Positions 27,085 through 35,086 of a DNA stretch of 64,000 bases are shown here, piece by piece (within the stretch, counting starts at the first letter, position 1; each line of letters opens with the position of its first letter). A program made the position numbers and the translations under genes. Source of the DNA: Dehalococcoidia bacterium (GTDB taxonomy: Bacteria; Chloroflexota; Dehalococcoidia; Lucifugimonadales; GCA-2712585); assembly GCA_965208725.1 (NCBI GenBank), contig CBDBPI010000001.1, forward strand, positions 668,687 to 732,686. Direction: 5' to 3'. Below the pieces are notes generated by a model. The model was not told the DNA's origin, did not search any database, and saw only the letters and a program-made list of their open reading frames with translations.

Positions 27085-27716
27085 TACAGACCCACCTCAA
27101 CGCAGTCGAGTCCAATGGCCCCCACCAGGTATACCACGGTGAAGATGACAATCCAGACAATATCTACGAAGTGCCAGTAGAGTCCGGCGATATCCACGTT
27201 CAGGGGGTTGCCCACCAGCAGGTCCTTGCGCTTGAAGCTGGTGACATAGAGGGAGAGGAGCCAGATCACGCCGAGGGTGACGTGGGCGCCGTGGAAGCCC
27301 GTCAGGGTAAAGAAGGTGGAGCCGAACAGGTTGGTCCCAATGGTCAGTCCTTCATTGACGAAGACCTGGAACTCGTAGACCTGGAAGAGGAGGAAGATGA
27401 TGCCGAGGCCCGCCGTGGCAAGGATCCATATCCGCATCTGTTTCAGGTCGCCGCGTTCGGCGGCAGCCACACCCAGCACCATGGCCACGCTGCTCATCAG
27501 AAGGACGAAGGTGCTCACGGAGGTTATGGGTATGTCCAGGATGCAGGAAGGGGGAAGGTCGTGGACGAAGGCCGCCTTGTTGCGGTTGATCATGTGGTTG
27601 GCAATCAGGGTGCCGAAGAAGAGGCACTCCGACCCCAGGAAGGTCCACATGAGGAGCTTCCGGTGGTTCAGACCGGTGGAGGTGTGGTGTTCCGGCTCGT
27701 GCGTGTTGGTGGCCAT
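27084..27716 (-). CDS. ctaE: cytochrome c oxidase subunit III
   Basis: 210 aa with LMWTFLGSECLFFG, FTLTGFHGAHV and YWHFVDIVW. Confidence 0.9.
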   Translation of the reverse strand: MATNTHEPEHHTSTGLNHRKLLMWTFLGSECLFFGTLIANHMINRNKAAFVHDLPPSCILDIPITSVSTFVLLMSSVAMVLGVAAAERGDLKQMRIWILATAGLGIIFLLFQVYEFQVFVNEGLTIGTNLFGSTFFTLTGFHGAHVTLGVIWLLSLYVTSFKRKDLLVGNPLNVDIAGLYWHFVDIVWIVIFTVVYLVGAIGLDCVEVGL

Positions 27717-27721
27717 TCCGT

Positions 27722-29620
27722 TTAGTAGGCCCCCTCTTTCTCGGACGATGCCGGAGCGTCGGGAGCGGTGGCGGGCTCAAAGGCCCAGCTGTAGACGGCG
27801 AACAATGCCAGGATTCCGCCGATGATGCTGACGGAGAGATGGGAGACCAGCCCGCCGGCTATGAGGGTTATTCCTACGGCAAGGATGACGGGATAGTAGG
27901 AGGGCGTGGGCATGTGGATATTGTGCTCCTTCTCCTCAACCGCGACCTCGGCAGCTCCCTGCACCTTGGGAATGGGCCGCATGTCGGGGCCCTGACTGTA
28001 TTTCTCGTCCCAGAAGGCGTCCCTATCTTTCACCGTCGGGATTTCTGCGAAGTTGTACTCCGGCGGCGGCGAGGAGATGGACCACTCCAGCGTCCGGGCG
28101 TCCCACGGGTCGTTGCTAGCCTTCTTGCCGTTGCGGGCCGTCCAGATGACGTTGTGCAGGAAGGCGACGACGCTCAGGCCAATAAGGAAGACGCCCGCCG
28201 TAGAGAAGGCGTTCCAGAACTCCCAGCCCGATTCACCGGCATAGGTGACTACGCGGCGGGGCATTCCGTCCATGCCCAGGAAGTGCATGGGGAAGAAGGT
28301 GATGTTCATTCCAATGAAGAAGAGCCAGAACTGCACCTTGCCGAGAAGCTCGCTCATCATCTTGCCGGTAATCTTGGGCCACCAGTAGTAGATGCCCGCG
28401 AAGAGGCCGAAGATGCTGCCGCCGAACAGGACGTAGTGCAGGTGCGCCACAACGAAGTAGGTGTCACTCTGCTGGGTGTCGGAGGGGGCAACGGCGTGCA
28501 TGACGCCGCTCAACCCGCCAATAATGAACATGACGATGAACCCGATAGCGAAGAGCATGGGCGTCGAGAATTTAATGGACCCACCCCACATGGTGGCAAT
28601 CCAGTTGAATATCTTGATGCCCGTGGGGACGGCAATGAACATGGTTATAAGTGCGAAGGCGGAGTTGGCGATGGGGCCGAGGCCCACGGTGAACATGTGG
28701 TGGCTCCAGACGCCCCAGCCCATGAATCCGATAAGGACGCCGGAGAAAACCACTACGGTATATCCGAAGAGGGGCTTCCTGGAGAACACGGGCAAGATTT
28801 CGGAAACGATACCCATGGCGGGCAGGATGAGGATGTACACCTCCGGGTGTCCGAAGGCCCAGAAGAAGTGCTGCCAGATGAGGGGGTTCGCGCCGGCAGT
28901 GACGTCGAAGAAGGTGGTGCCGAAGAGCCTGTCGAAGAGCAGCAGGGTGATGGCGACGGTGAGAACCGGGAAGGCCAGCACCAGCAGGAAAGATACGATG
29001 AGGGTCATCCAGGCAAAGACGGGAAGCTTCATCATGCTCATGCCCGGCGCGCGCATGTTCACGATGGTGACAATAAAGTTGAAGGCCGCCGCCAGGGAGG
29101 AGACGCCGAGCACCTGCAGCCCCAGTATCCAGTAGTCCACGCCGGAGCCGCCGGAGTAGATGTTGTCGGTCAGGGGCGAATAGCCGAACCAGCCCACGTT
29201 GGGCGCGCCGCCCGTTAGGAAGCTGATGTTCAGCAGAATTGCGCCAAACAGGAACGTCCAATAGCTGAAGGCGTTGAGGCGCGGGAATGCAACGTCCCTC
29301 GCGCCAATCATCAGGGGGATGACGAAGTTGAAGAAGGCAGCTCCCATGGGCATGACCACCAGGAAGATCATGGTGGTGCCGTGCATGGTGAACATCTGGT
29401 TGTAGACTTCCGGCGAGACCAGGGTGGAGTCGGCGGAGGCCAACTGGATGCGCATCAGTAGAGCTTCGATGCCGCCCAGGATGAAGAAGATGAAAGCGGT
29501 TACGCCGTACAGGATGCCGATGCGCTTGTGGTCGATAGTGGTAATCCAGCTCACCACGCCCGTGGGGGCCACGGGGCGCTTGGCGAATACACCGCCTATG
29601 AGTTCGTTAGCTGCTACCAT
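27722..29620 (-). CDS. ctaD: cytochrome c oxidase subunit I
   Basis: 632 aa with TTIDHKRIGILY, WFGYSP, FWAFGHPEVYIL and VAHLHYVL heme/CuB ligand motifs. Confidence 0.95.
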   Translation of the reverse strand: MVAANELIGGVFAKRPVAPTGVVSWITTIDHKRIGILYGVTAFIFFILGGIEALLMRIQLASADSTLVSPEVYNQMFTMHGTTMIFLVVMPMGAAFFNFVIPLMIGARDVAFPRLNAFSYWTFLFGAILLNISFLTGGAPNVGWFGYSPLTDNIYSGGSGVDYWILGLQVLGVSSLAAAFNFIVTIVNMRAPGMSMMKLPVFAWMTLIVSFLLVLAFPVLTVAITLLLFDRLFGTTFFDVTAGANPLIWQHFFWAFGHPEVYILILPAMGIVSEILPVFSRKPLFGYTVVVFSGVLIGFMGWGVWSHHMFTVGLGPIANSAFALITMFIAVPTGIKIFNWIATMWGGSIKFSTPMLFAIGFIVMFIIGGLSGVMHAVAPSDTQQSDTYFVVAHLHYVLFGGSIFGLFAGIYYWWPKITGKMMSELLGKVQFWLFFIGMNITFFPMHFLGMDGMPRRVVTYAGESGWEFWNAFSTAGVFLIGLSVVAFLHNVIWTARNGKKASNDPWDARTLEWSISSPPPEYNFAEIPTVKDRDAFWDEKYSQGPDMRPIPKVQGAAEVAVEEKEHNIHMPTPSYYPVILAVGITLIAGGLVSHLSVSIIGGILALFAVYSWAFEPATAPDAPASSEKEGAY

Positions 29621-29720
29621 CGCACGCCACCTGCCAAATTCATCGGAGCCTCAATCCGGAGCGCGGATATGCGCTCCGTCCCCGTGGGCTTTGCATTATA
29701 CATTCTGTAAAGGCGGTATT

Positions 29721-30812
29721 TCATTCCAGGCTCTGCAAGTAGGCCACCAGGGCCTCGATGTCGCTTTCGGAAAGGGCCATGTCCGGGTCATTGAAGGCGT
29801 CGGCCAGGCGGGCCATGCGGTTGCCGGGCTTGACGCCCTCGGGGTCTCTGAGCCAGGCGGCGAGATTTTCGTCGGTGTTGTCAAACATGGAACCGGCGAA
29901 GGAGCCGCGGCTGGCGAAGTGGGCGAGGTTAGGGGCGTGGACCAGGTTTCCGCCTGAGATGAAGGAAGCAGTCCTGGAATCCCGCATGGCGGCGGAATCC
30001 GGCCCCGCGACGGTGTGGCACGTTATGCAGCCCTTGGTGTTGAAGACCAGGGAGCCTTCGGCCGCGAGGCCTTCGGTGGCAAATCTGGCCGGGGTCTGCT
30101 GTCCGGCCACCCACCGGAGGAACTCGTCCTCCTCCTGGGCTACGACGCGGAACTTCATGAAGGCGTGGGCTATGCCGCAGAACTCGGCGCACTGGCCGTA
30201 GTAGAGTCCCGGCTCGGAAGCGTTGAACCAGGTGTTGTTGGTGACGTTGGGGATAATGTCCATCTTGCCGGAGAGCTTGGGCACCCAGAAGCTGTGGATC
30301 ACGTCGACCGAGTCCACCGTGAAGGCCACGTCCTTACCGACGGGGACGTTGACTTCGTTGGCGGTGGTGACGTTGTACTTGGGATAGTAGAACTCGAACC
30401 ACCACTGGTGGGCGATGACTTCCACCTGCAGGGGATCGTCCTGACTGGGGGACTCAAGCTCGAAGAGGGTCTGGACGGTCATCACGGCGAGGGCTACGAG
30501 AAGCAGGGACGGTGCGACAGTCCAGGCGATTTCCAACTTGCGGTTGCCGTGGGTCTGGACGGGCAGGGCGGTCCCGCTCTTTTCGCGGAAGCGGAAGAGG
30601 GTGAAGAGGAGGGCGCCAACGACTACGATGAAGATGCCTAAGGAGGCCCAGAAAAGTATCCAGAAGAGGTTGAGCTGGTTCTTGGCTACAGGGCCTGCGG
30701 CTTCAAAGGTGGACTGGGGATGTTCGGGGGTACAGGCAATAAGGAGGGTAACCAGAGAAAGCAAGCCGAGGACGAGGATCCAGCGGCCGGATAATAGCCT
30801 CTTGGGCATCAT
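29721..30812 (-). CDS. ctaC: cytochrome c oxidase subunit II with C-terminal cytochrome c domain (caa3 type)
   Basis: 363 aa. It has a signal/TMS N-terminus, CuA site HSFWVPKL...CAEFCGIAHAFM, then a CITCH heme c motif. Confidence 0.9.
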   Translation of the reverse strand: MMPKRLLSGRWILVLGLLSLVTLLIACTPEHPQSTFEAAGPVAKNQLNLFWILFWASLGIFIVVVGALLFTLFRFREKSGTALPVQTHGNRKLEIAWTVAPSLLLVALAVMTVQTLFELESPSQDDPLQVEVIAHQWWFEFYYPKYNVTTANEVNVPVGKDVAFTVDSVDVIHSFWVPKLSGKMDIIPNVTNNTWFNASEPGLYYGQCAEFCGIAHAFMKFRVVAQEEDEFLRWVAGQQTPARFATEGLAAEGSLVFNTKGCITCHTVAGPDSAAMRDSRTASFISGGNLVHAPNLAHFASRGSFAGSMFDNTDENLAAWLRDPEGVKPGNRMARLADAFNDPDMALSESDIEALVAYLQSLE

Positions 30813-30876
30813 TATCTGCTATCTATCTTCAATAGGGGTTGGGGCTGAAATTCGTGTGTAAAAAATTTCACTAACT

Positions 30877-30905
30877 ACTGTACCAACAGCCCATGTCTTA
30901 GTCAA
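30877..30905 (-). promoter_or_regulatory. sigma70-like promoter (TTGACT-N17-TACAGT) for ctaC
   Basis: The minus strand carries TTGACT at 30905..30900 and TACAGT at 30882..30877, downstream of the protease terminator hairpin. Confidence 0.45.
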
Positions 30906-30928
30906 TAAGGGAAGGGGGGATAATAGTG

Positions 30929-30955
30929 GGGGCGGCTCCGTGGTGGAGCCGCCCC
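30929..30955 (-). terminator. GC-rich hairpin (11-bp stem, 5-nt loop) 30 nt after the protease stop
   Basis: GGGGCGGCTCC-gtggt-GGAGCCGCCCC. On the minus strand it is followed by CACTATTATCC, which is only a weak T tract. Confidence 0.5.
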
Positions 30956-30987
30956 TCTTCATTGATGCGGATGGATGTTGTAGGAGT

Positions 30988-33228
30988 TTAGCCGTTTTCT
31001 TCCACCCACCGAGTCTGCCTGCGGTTGCAGGGGGAGGAGAAACGCTCCTGCTCGTACTCAACGATGAAAGTTATCGGAGCCTCTCTAGTACGGCCAGTGT
31101 CTGTCCAACTGCCCCAGGTTTCGGTGACGGTGTCGTAATCGAACTCCGTGCCTTTGGTTGTGATCGACTGGAACTTGGTGCCGCCACACTGGTTGGTGCT
31201 CTTTTGGCGCTGAGACCGGGTCCAAGTGCGCTCCTTTCTCTGCTTGCACACACCCGAGATCAGCCCGGGTGAGCCAACGTTGGTCCAGGACCCGTAGGCT
31301 GTGTTGGGCGTTCCGACATTTTCCCAATCCCCCCATTCCAAGGGTTCGCCGGCTGCGGTGGACCTGGTGTGGCGGGCGTGCCCGTTTGAGCACTCCTCCA
31401 CCTTCTCCCTGTTCGGCCCGCATCCATCGTACCTGTCGAAGGTCCATACATGGGTAGGCGGAGGCGGAGTTGGGGTGGGAGTCGGGGCGGGCGACGACGT
31501 GACCAACGATGCGACTGTGCTCCAGGGGCCTGCGCCGGCATTATTCTTGGCCCTCACCCGGTAGTAGTGCCGAGTGTTGGTCTTCAGGTTGCTAACCGTA
31601 TGCTTCAGGCCCGTTGTGGAGTAGCTGGCATAGCCAATTTCTTCGCCCTCGTCGATTGTCCCAAGCTGCATGTCGTAGCCGGTGACCCCGGACACCGCGT
31701 CCCAGCTGACGGTCACGCTGTTAGCCGTTGCCGTTGCTGTCACGTTGGCGGGCGCAACGGTGGGCTTAGACGGTGTTGGGGTGGGCGGGGGAGAGGGAGG
31801 CGTCGGGTCTGGAGACGGTGGCGGCGCCGGGGTAGGGGGCGGGGTGGGGACGCCGACCACGCCACCCCGTATGAGCTTGGTTGCAGAGTGGGACTCGCCC
31901 ATTTCATCAGTGACGGTGAGCTTGACTTTGGCGCTACTCAATACGGTGAGATGGGCTTTCGCACTTGTGCGCTTGGTCAGAACTCCGCTACCACTGACGA
32001 TCTCCCACTTGTACTTGAGTTTGCCGCCGTCGGGATCCTTCGATCCCGTGCCGTCCAGGGTTGCCATGGTGTGAAACATGGTTCGGGTGAGAGTCGCTGT
32101 AATCTTCGCCACCGGCGGGGTGTTGACTTTGACGGTGACGGAGGCGGCGGTCTTGGCTCCGTTGCCATCGGTGACGATGAGACGAAACTGCAACTCAATT
32201 GCATGATTAGGAGCCTGGAATCTGGCAGTCGCCTGGTCTGCATTGGTGATTGTCAGCCTTTGAATCGGTCCCGCAGGATCATCAGCGTCTTCGTATACTT
32301 CCTCCCATTGATACGACAGCGTGGTATCACCATCTATGTTGCTTCTGCTGCCTGCGGCACGAAGGTACACGGTCTCCCTGGGACGAACCTCCTGAACGGG
32401 AGCGAAGGTTAAGGCCCCTTCGTCCCGCTCCACCTGGAATGCCCCGGCCACAGCGGTGGGGGCGGGGAGGCCAAAGGTGATGCCTAGCTCGTCTTCAATT
32501 ACGCTCGCCTTTAGTACATACACCTTCCTCCCCGGATCTGAATTTAGAGATCCCAGATGGATTCCGACCATTCGGTAGTTGCCTAGCTCGTCCTTGACCA
32601 CATAGGGTGCACCCGAGTCTCCACCTGAACTGGGATAATCGGAACGAACCACCAGCAATGTTTGACGGAACAGACTTCGCTGGCCTCGCACGAACCGAGC
32701 TGTAGCTACGGTCGAGTCTACGGTTCCCCATCCTTCGCCGGAGACCGCGCCTACCGTGAAAAGACGATCATGCTGCTTTGCATCAACGCGGCCGGCCACA
32801 ATTGGCCTAGATGTGTGGTTTGGATGATCGTGCAACTGGAATTTGATGTCCTGCTCACGCACATTGTCGCTGATCAGCAGGGCGACAGCGTCAAGAGGAT
32901 TCTTGGGTTCGTCATCCGGGTAGGGAGCCGGTAAGATCTGTCTCCAACTCTTCTTCACTACCCCGTCAAGCGTTTCAGTGTAGAGTTGTCCTATCTTATC
33001 GGCCTCGTCGGTACCGCCTTCGTACAGCCACTCATTTCCCTCAAGGTCCCATCCGCTCGTGCTCGTGCTGAGGACGTGCTGGCATGTTACGAGGATTTTC
33101 TTCCCATCCGAATTGCGCCTTGCAATTCCTGACAATGTTCCTCGCTCATCTCCTCCCGTAGACGGCATTATGGCGATGCCGGCCATAAGAGGTCTGTGTT
33201 GTCTGGTGATATTGTTTGCTTCTGTCAT
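30988..33228 (-). CDS. multidomain S1 (trypsin/chymotrypsin-fold) serine protease: protease - PKD - PKD - PT linker - FN3 - PT linker - Trp/Cys/Arg-rich C-terminal domain
   Basis: 746 aa. Catalytic triad candidates are TCQHV, DAVALL and GGDSGAP. Two PKD-like segments (LSYQWEEV...LIVTDGNG; DGTGSKDPDGGKLKYKWE...LTVTDEMG). FN3 (VTVSWDAVSGVTGYDMQ...YYRVRAKNNAGAGPWS). The tail has three WG(D/S)W(E/T)xxG motifs. AGGAGGA RBS. No signal peptide seen. Confidence 0.8.
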   Translation of the reverse strand: MTEANNITRQHRPLMAGIAIMPSTGGDERGTLSGIARRNSDGKKILVTCQHVLSTSTSGWDLEGNEWLYEGGTDEADKIGQLYTETLDGVVKKSWRQILPAPYPDDEPKNPLDAVALLISDNVREQDIKFQLHDHPNHTSRPIVAGRVDAKQHDRLFTVGAVSGEGWGTVDSTVATARFVRGQRSLFRQTLLVVRSDYPSSGGDSGAPYVVKDELGNYRMVGIHLGSLNSDPGRKVYVLKASVIEDELGITFGLPAPTAVAGAFQVERDEGALTFAPVQEVRPRETVYLRAAGSRSNIDGDTTLSYQWEEVYEDADDPAGPIQRLTITNADQATARFQAPNHAIELQFRLIVTDGNGAKTAASVTVKVNTPPVAKITATLTRTMFHTMATLDGTGSKDPDGGKLKYKWEIVSGSGVLTKRTSAKAHLTVLSSAKVKLTVTDEMGESHSATKLIRGGVVGVPTPPPTPAPPPSPDPTPPSPPPTPTPSKPTVAPANVTATATANSVTVSWDAVSGVTGYDMQLGTIDEGEEIGYASYSTTGLKHTVSNLKTNTRHYYRVRAKNNAGAGPWSTVASLVTSSPAPTPTPTPPPPTHVWTFDRYDGCGPNREKVEECSNGHARHTRSTAAGEPLEWGDWENVGTPNTAYGSWTNVGSPGLISGVCKQRKERTWTRSQRQKSTNQCGGTKFQSITTKGTEFDYDTVTETWGSWTDTGRTREAPITFIVEYEQERFSSPCNRRQTRWVEENG

Positions 33229-33244
33229 GAATTTCTCCTCCTAG

Positions 33245-33766
33245 CTAGTTTTCTGTTTCTGGTTCCTGGTAATCGCGAATGATTCCCTCCATTGATGGCA
33301 GGTTAGTGAGGATGTGCACCGGCACTCCCATGAAACAGTGGGGAATCCGGTTCTCCGTCTGCACTTGGCTCAACTGAGCGTCAGTGCCAAAATATGCGAT
33401 CCTGATAATCACCTCGTCATCCCACGAACGAACCACATCCCCAAGGGCCCGGCCCTTTATCCGGTACGCATCGACGCTGAACCATGGCGGGCCGCCTTCC
33501 CTGTCCAATCTAGGAATGACGTGCTCTTCCAAGACCATCTCTGCATACGGCACTCTCTCTTCATAGGGCAACGCAGACGGGTTTTCCATACCAGGATCTT
33601 CGTTAATGTCGTTGGGGCAGGGTTCTTGCGGCATGATCCGTTTGTAAACGGGCACATTACTCTCGTAAATGGGGGCCTCACCGTTGCCGCAGGCGGCTGT
33701 CAGCCAGAGGGCGACGGCTGCGATGAAGAGGGCGAGGGCTATTGTTTGCCAGTTGGTTGTTTTCAT
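33245..33766 (-). CDS. cassette lipoprotein 1 (conserved signal peptide, unique mature domain)
   Basis: MKTTNWQTIALALFIAAVALWLTAACGNG.... The ATG at 33766 lies 8 nt after AGGAGG (the ORF track adds GTG-Thr-Pro). The stop is 16 nt before the protease start. Confidence 0.7.
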   Translation of the reverse strand: MKTTNWQTIALALFIAAVALWLTAACGNGEAPIYESNVPVYKRIMPQEPCPNDINEDPGMENPSALPYEERVPYAEMVLEEHVIPRLDREGGPPWFSVDAYRIKGRALGDVVRSWDDEVIIRIAYFGTDAQLSQVQTENRIPHCFMGVPVHILTNLPSMEGIIRDYQEPETEN

Positions 33767-33801
33767 GGGTGTCACCTCCTTTTGTTGGCGGGTTTGTTGA
33801 G
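33744..33801 (-). repeat. 58-nt perfect repeat core, copy 1 (start codon, RBS and leader of lipoprotein 1)
   Basis: gtttgccagttggttgttttcatgggtgtcacctccttttgttggcgggtttgttgag is identical at 34646..34703 and 35601..35658. Flanking similarity extends to ~170 nt. Confidence 0.9.
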
Positions 33802-33825
33802 TTTCTCGTCGCCCATCGGTGATGG

Positions 33826-33855
33826 ATGATAGTACATGTATTCGCTGTATGTCAA
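33826..33855 (-). promoter_or_regulatory. promoter of lipoprotein 1 (TTGACA-N18-TATCAT)
   Basis: The minus strand carries TTGACA at 33855..33850 and TATCAT at 33831..33826. The same arrangement is conserved in all three cassettes. Confidence 0.5.
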
Positions 33856-33976
33856 GACCAAATGTGTCACTTCGGGGAACGGGGTGGGTCCTTCGTCCTT
33901 CGACAGGCTCAGGATGAACTCAGGATGAGCGGGGGATAATGGATTGGGGAATAGTGCTGATGGGAGGAGGTGTTGG

Positions 33977-34111
33977 TTAGCGGGTGGAGTGGGCCAGGTC
34001 CGACTTGCGGCGGGCAATGGCGCCCAGGGTGCCGCGATGCTCTTCTCCGTCGAACGGCATGATGGCTATGCCAGCCCTAAGGGGTCTGTGCCTTTCGTGT
34101 CTATGAGTCAT
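33977..34111 (-). pseudogene. short ORF sA (44 aa): 5-prime stub homologous to the protease N-terminus
   Basis: MTHRHERHRPLRAGIAIMPFDGEEHRGTLGAIARRKSDLAHSTR*. An AAGGAGA RBS lies 6 nt upstream. It aligns with protease residues ~10-50 and is below the ORF-track size cut-off. It could instead be a real small protein. Confidence 0.55.
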
Positions 34112-34146
34112 TTTTTATCTCCTTGTTTTGAATTCTGTTACTTTTT

Positions 34147-34668
34147 TCAGAGAGCAGTTTCCACTTTGCGTACCCTCAAATGCACCTCGATGCCCTCGAT
34201 GCACTCCGGTATACCGTATTCATGGTGAAGTCTGCTCTGTCCTAATTTCTCGTAAACGCTAATGTGGATGGCTTGCTTATCCGTTAGCAGGCCTTTGTCA
34301 TTCTCTATATCCACGATGCTATACTGTGGGATCTGATTGTTGATATACCCATTGGAACTCCTTTCTATCTGGTCTCTGAAGTTGTCCAGTATCGCCTGGA
34401 TGCGCTCCGTTTCCGGCTTGAGACGCTCTGCCCTCCACCTAGTCGCACGATTCTTGCGGTCAGTTCGTAGAAAGTAGTAGACGTGTTCAAGACCCACAAA
34501 TTGCTGGAATTCTTTCGAGGGTTCAAGCGGCGCATCAAGACCACAGGGTGCTGAGGGTGTGATTATCTCCCGACCGGTATATTCGTGTGCACATGCTGCG
34601 GCCAGCCAGAGAGCGAGGGCTGCTATGAAGAGCGTGAGGGCTTTCGTTTGCCAGTTGGTTGTTTTCAT
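34147..34668 (-). CDS. cassette lipoprotein 2
   Basis: MKTTNWQTKALTLFIAALALWLAAACAHE.... Same RBS, leader and promoter as cassettes 1 and 3. The mature domain is barely alignable to the others. Confidence 0.7.
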   Translation of the reverse strand: MKTTNWQTKALTLFIAALALWLAAACAHEYTGREIITPSAPCGLDAPLEPSKEFQQFVGLEHVYYFLRTDRKNRATRWRAERLKPETERIQAILDNFRDQIERSSNGYINNQIPQYSIVDIENDKGLLTDKQAIHISVYEKLGQSRLHHEYGIPECIEGIEVHLRVRKVETAL

Positions 34669-34703
34669 GGGTGTCACCTCCTTTTGTTGGCGGGTTTGTT
34701 GAG
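34646..34703 (-). repeat. 58-nt perfect repeat core, copy 2
   Basis: Identical to 33744..33801 and 35601..35658. Confidence 0.9.
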
Positions 34704-34727
34704 CTTCTCGTCGCTCTTCAGAGACAG

Positions 34728-34757
34728 ATGATAGTATATGTGTTCGTTGAATGTCAA
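34728..34757 (-). promoter_or_regulatory. promoter of lipoprotein 2 (TTGACA-N18-TATCAT)
   Basis: The minus strand carries TTGACA at 34757..34752 and TATCAT at 34733..34728. Confidence 0.5.
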
Positions 34758-34863
34758 GGACGGATGTGTCACTCTTGTGTAGGGTCAGGGGAAATAAGGT
34801 CGGAAGAGGCGGGGAGGGTGATGATGGGTGTTGGGGGATGTTGTTGAGGGGAGGGGAAGTGGG

Positions 34864-35004
34864 TTAGCGGGTGGAGTGGGCCAGGTCCGAATTGCGCCTG
34901 GCAATGGCGCCGAGGGTGCCGCGATGTTCTTCACCGTTCGGCCTTTCGGCTACTATCCTGAGGCCTGCTGTGATCGTGTCGTGATGTTCATTCGGTTTTA
35001 CCAT
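34864..35004 (-). pseudogene. short ORF sB (46 aa): second 5-prime stub homologous to the protease N-terminus
   Basis: MVKPNEHHDTITAGLRIVAERPNGEEHRGTLGAIARRNSDLAHSTR*. AGGAGGA RBS. It ends in the same LAHSTR-stop tail as sA. Confidence 0.55.
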
Positions 35005-35086
35005 AACTCCTCCTAATTTCCTAAATGTGTGGTTTGTTGTTCAATTAACCTTGGTATGCGACCAGAAAATTACCGCCGCTCAACTC

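Noticed and set aside
30905-30920. G-rich strings sit near both borders of the protease/lipoprotein insert: GGAAGGGGGG at ~30908 and GGGGGAAGG at ~35746. I considered them as possible att-like direct repeats or half REP sites.
   Set aside because: They are in different orientation and order, are only ~9 nt long, and lie in a G-rich genome. That is not enough to call target-site duplications.
31440-31870. G-rich quasi-repetitive DNA (ggtgggg/ggcgg runs) lies inside the protease gene. I considered it as a tandem repeat or CRISPR-like structure.
   Set aside because: These are simply the two Pro/Thr linker regions read on the opposite strand. There is no regular period and no spacer-repeat organisation.
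33772-34017. An 81-aa minus-strand ORF (and the similar 35629..35949 ORF) runs through the cassette promoters and leaders.
   Set aside because: These ORFs read across the conserved promoter, leader and REP-like sequence in a frame without an RBS. Their similarity is explained by the DNA repeat itself.
33944-34228. Plus-strand ORFs of 94 aa (33944..34228) and 62 aa (34828..35016) share the peptide LAGGVGQVR.A.GNGA.GAAM.
   Set aside because: Their similarity is just the antisense image of the conserved stub ORFs sA and sB. The minus-strand frames have RBSs and homology to the protease N-terminus, while the plus-strand frames have neither.
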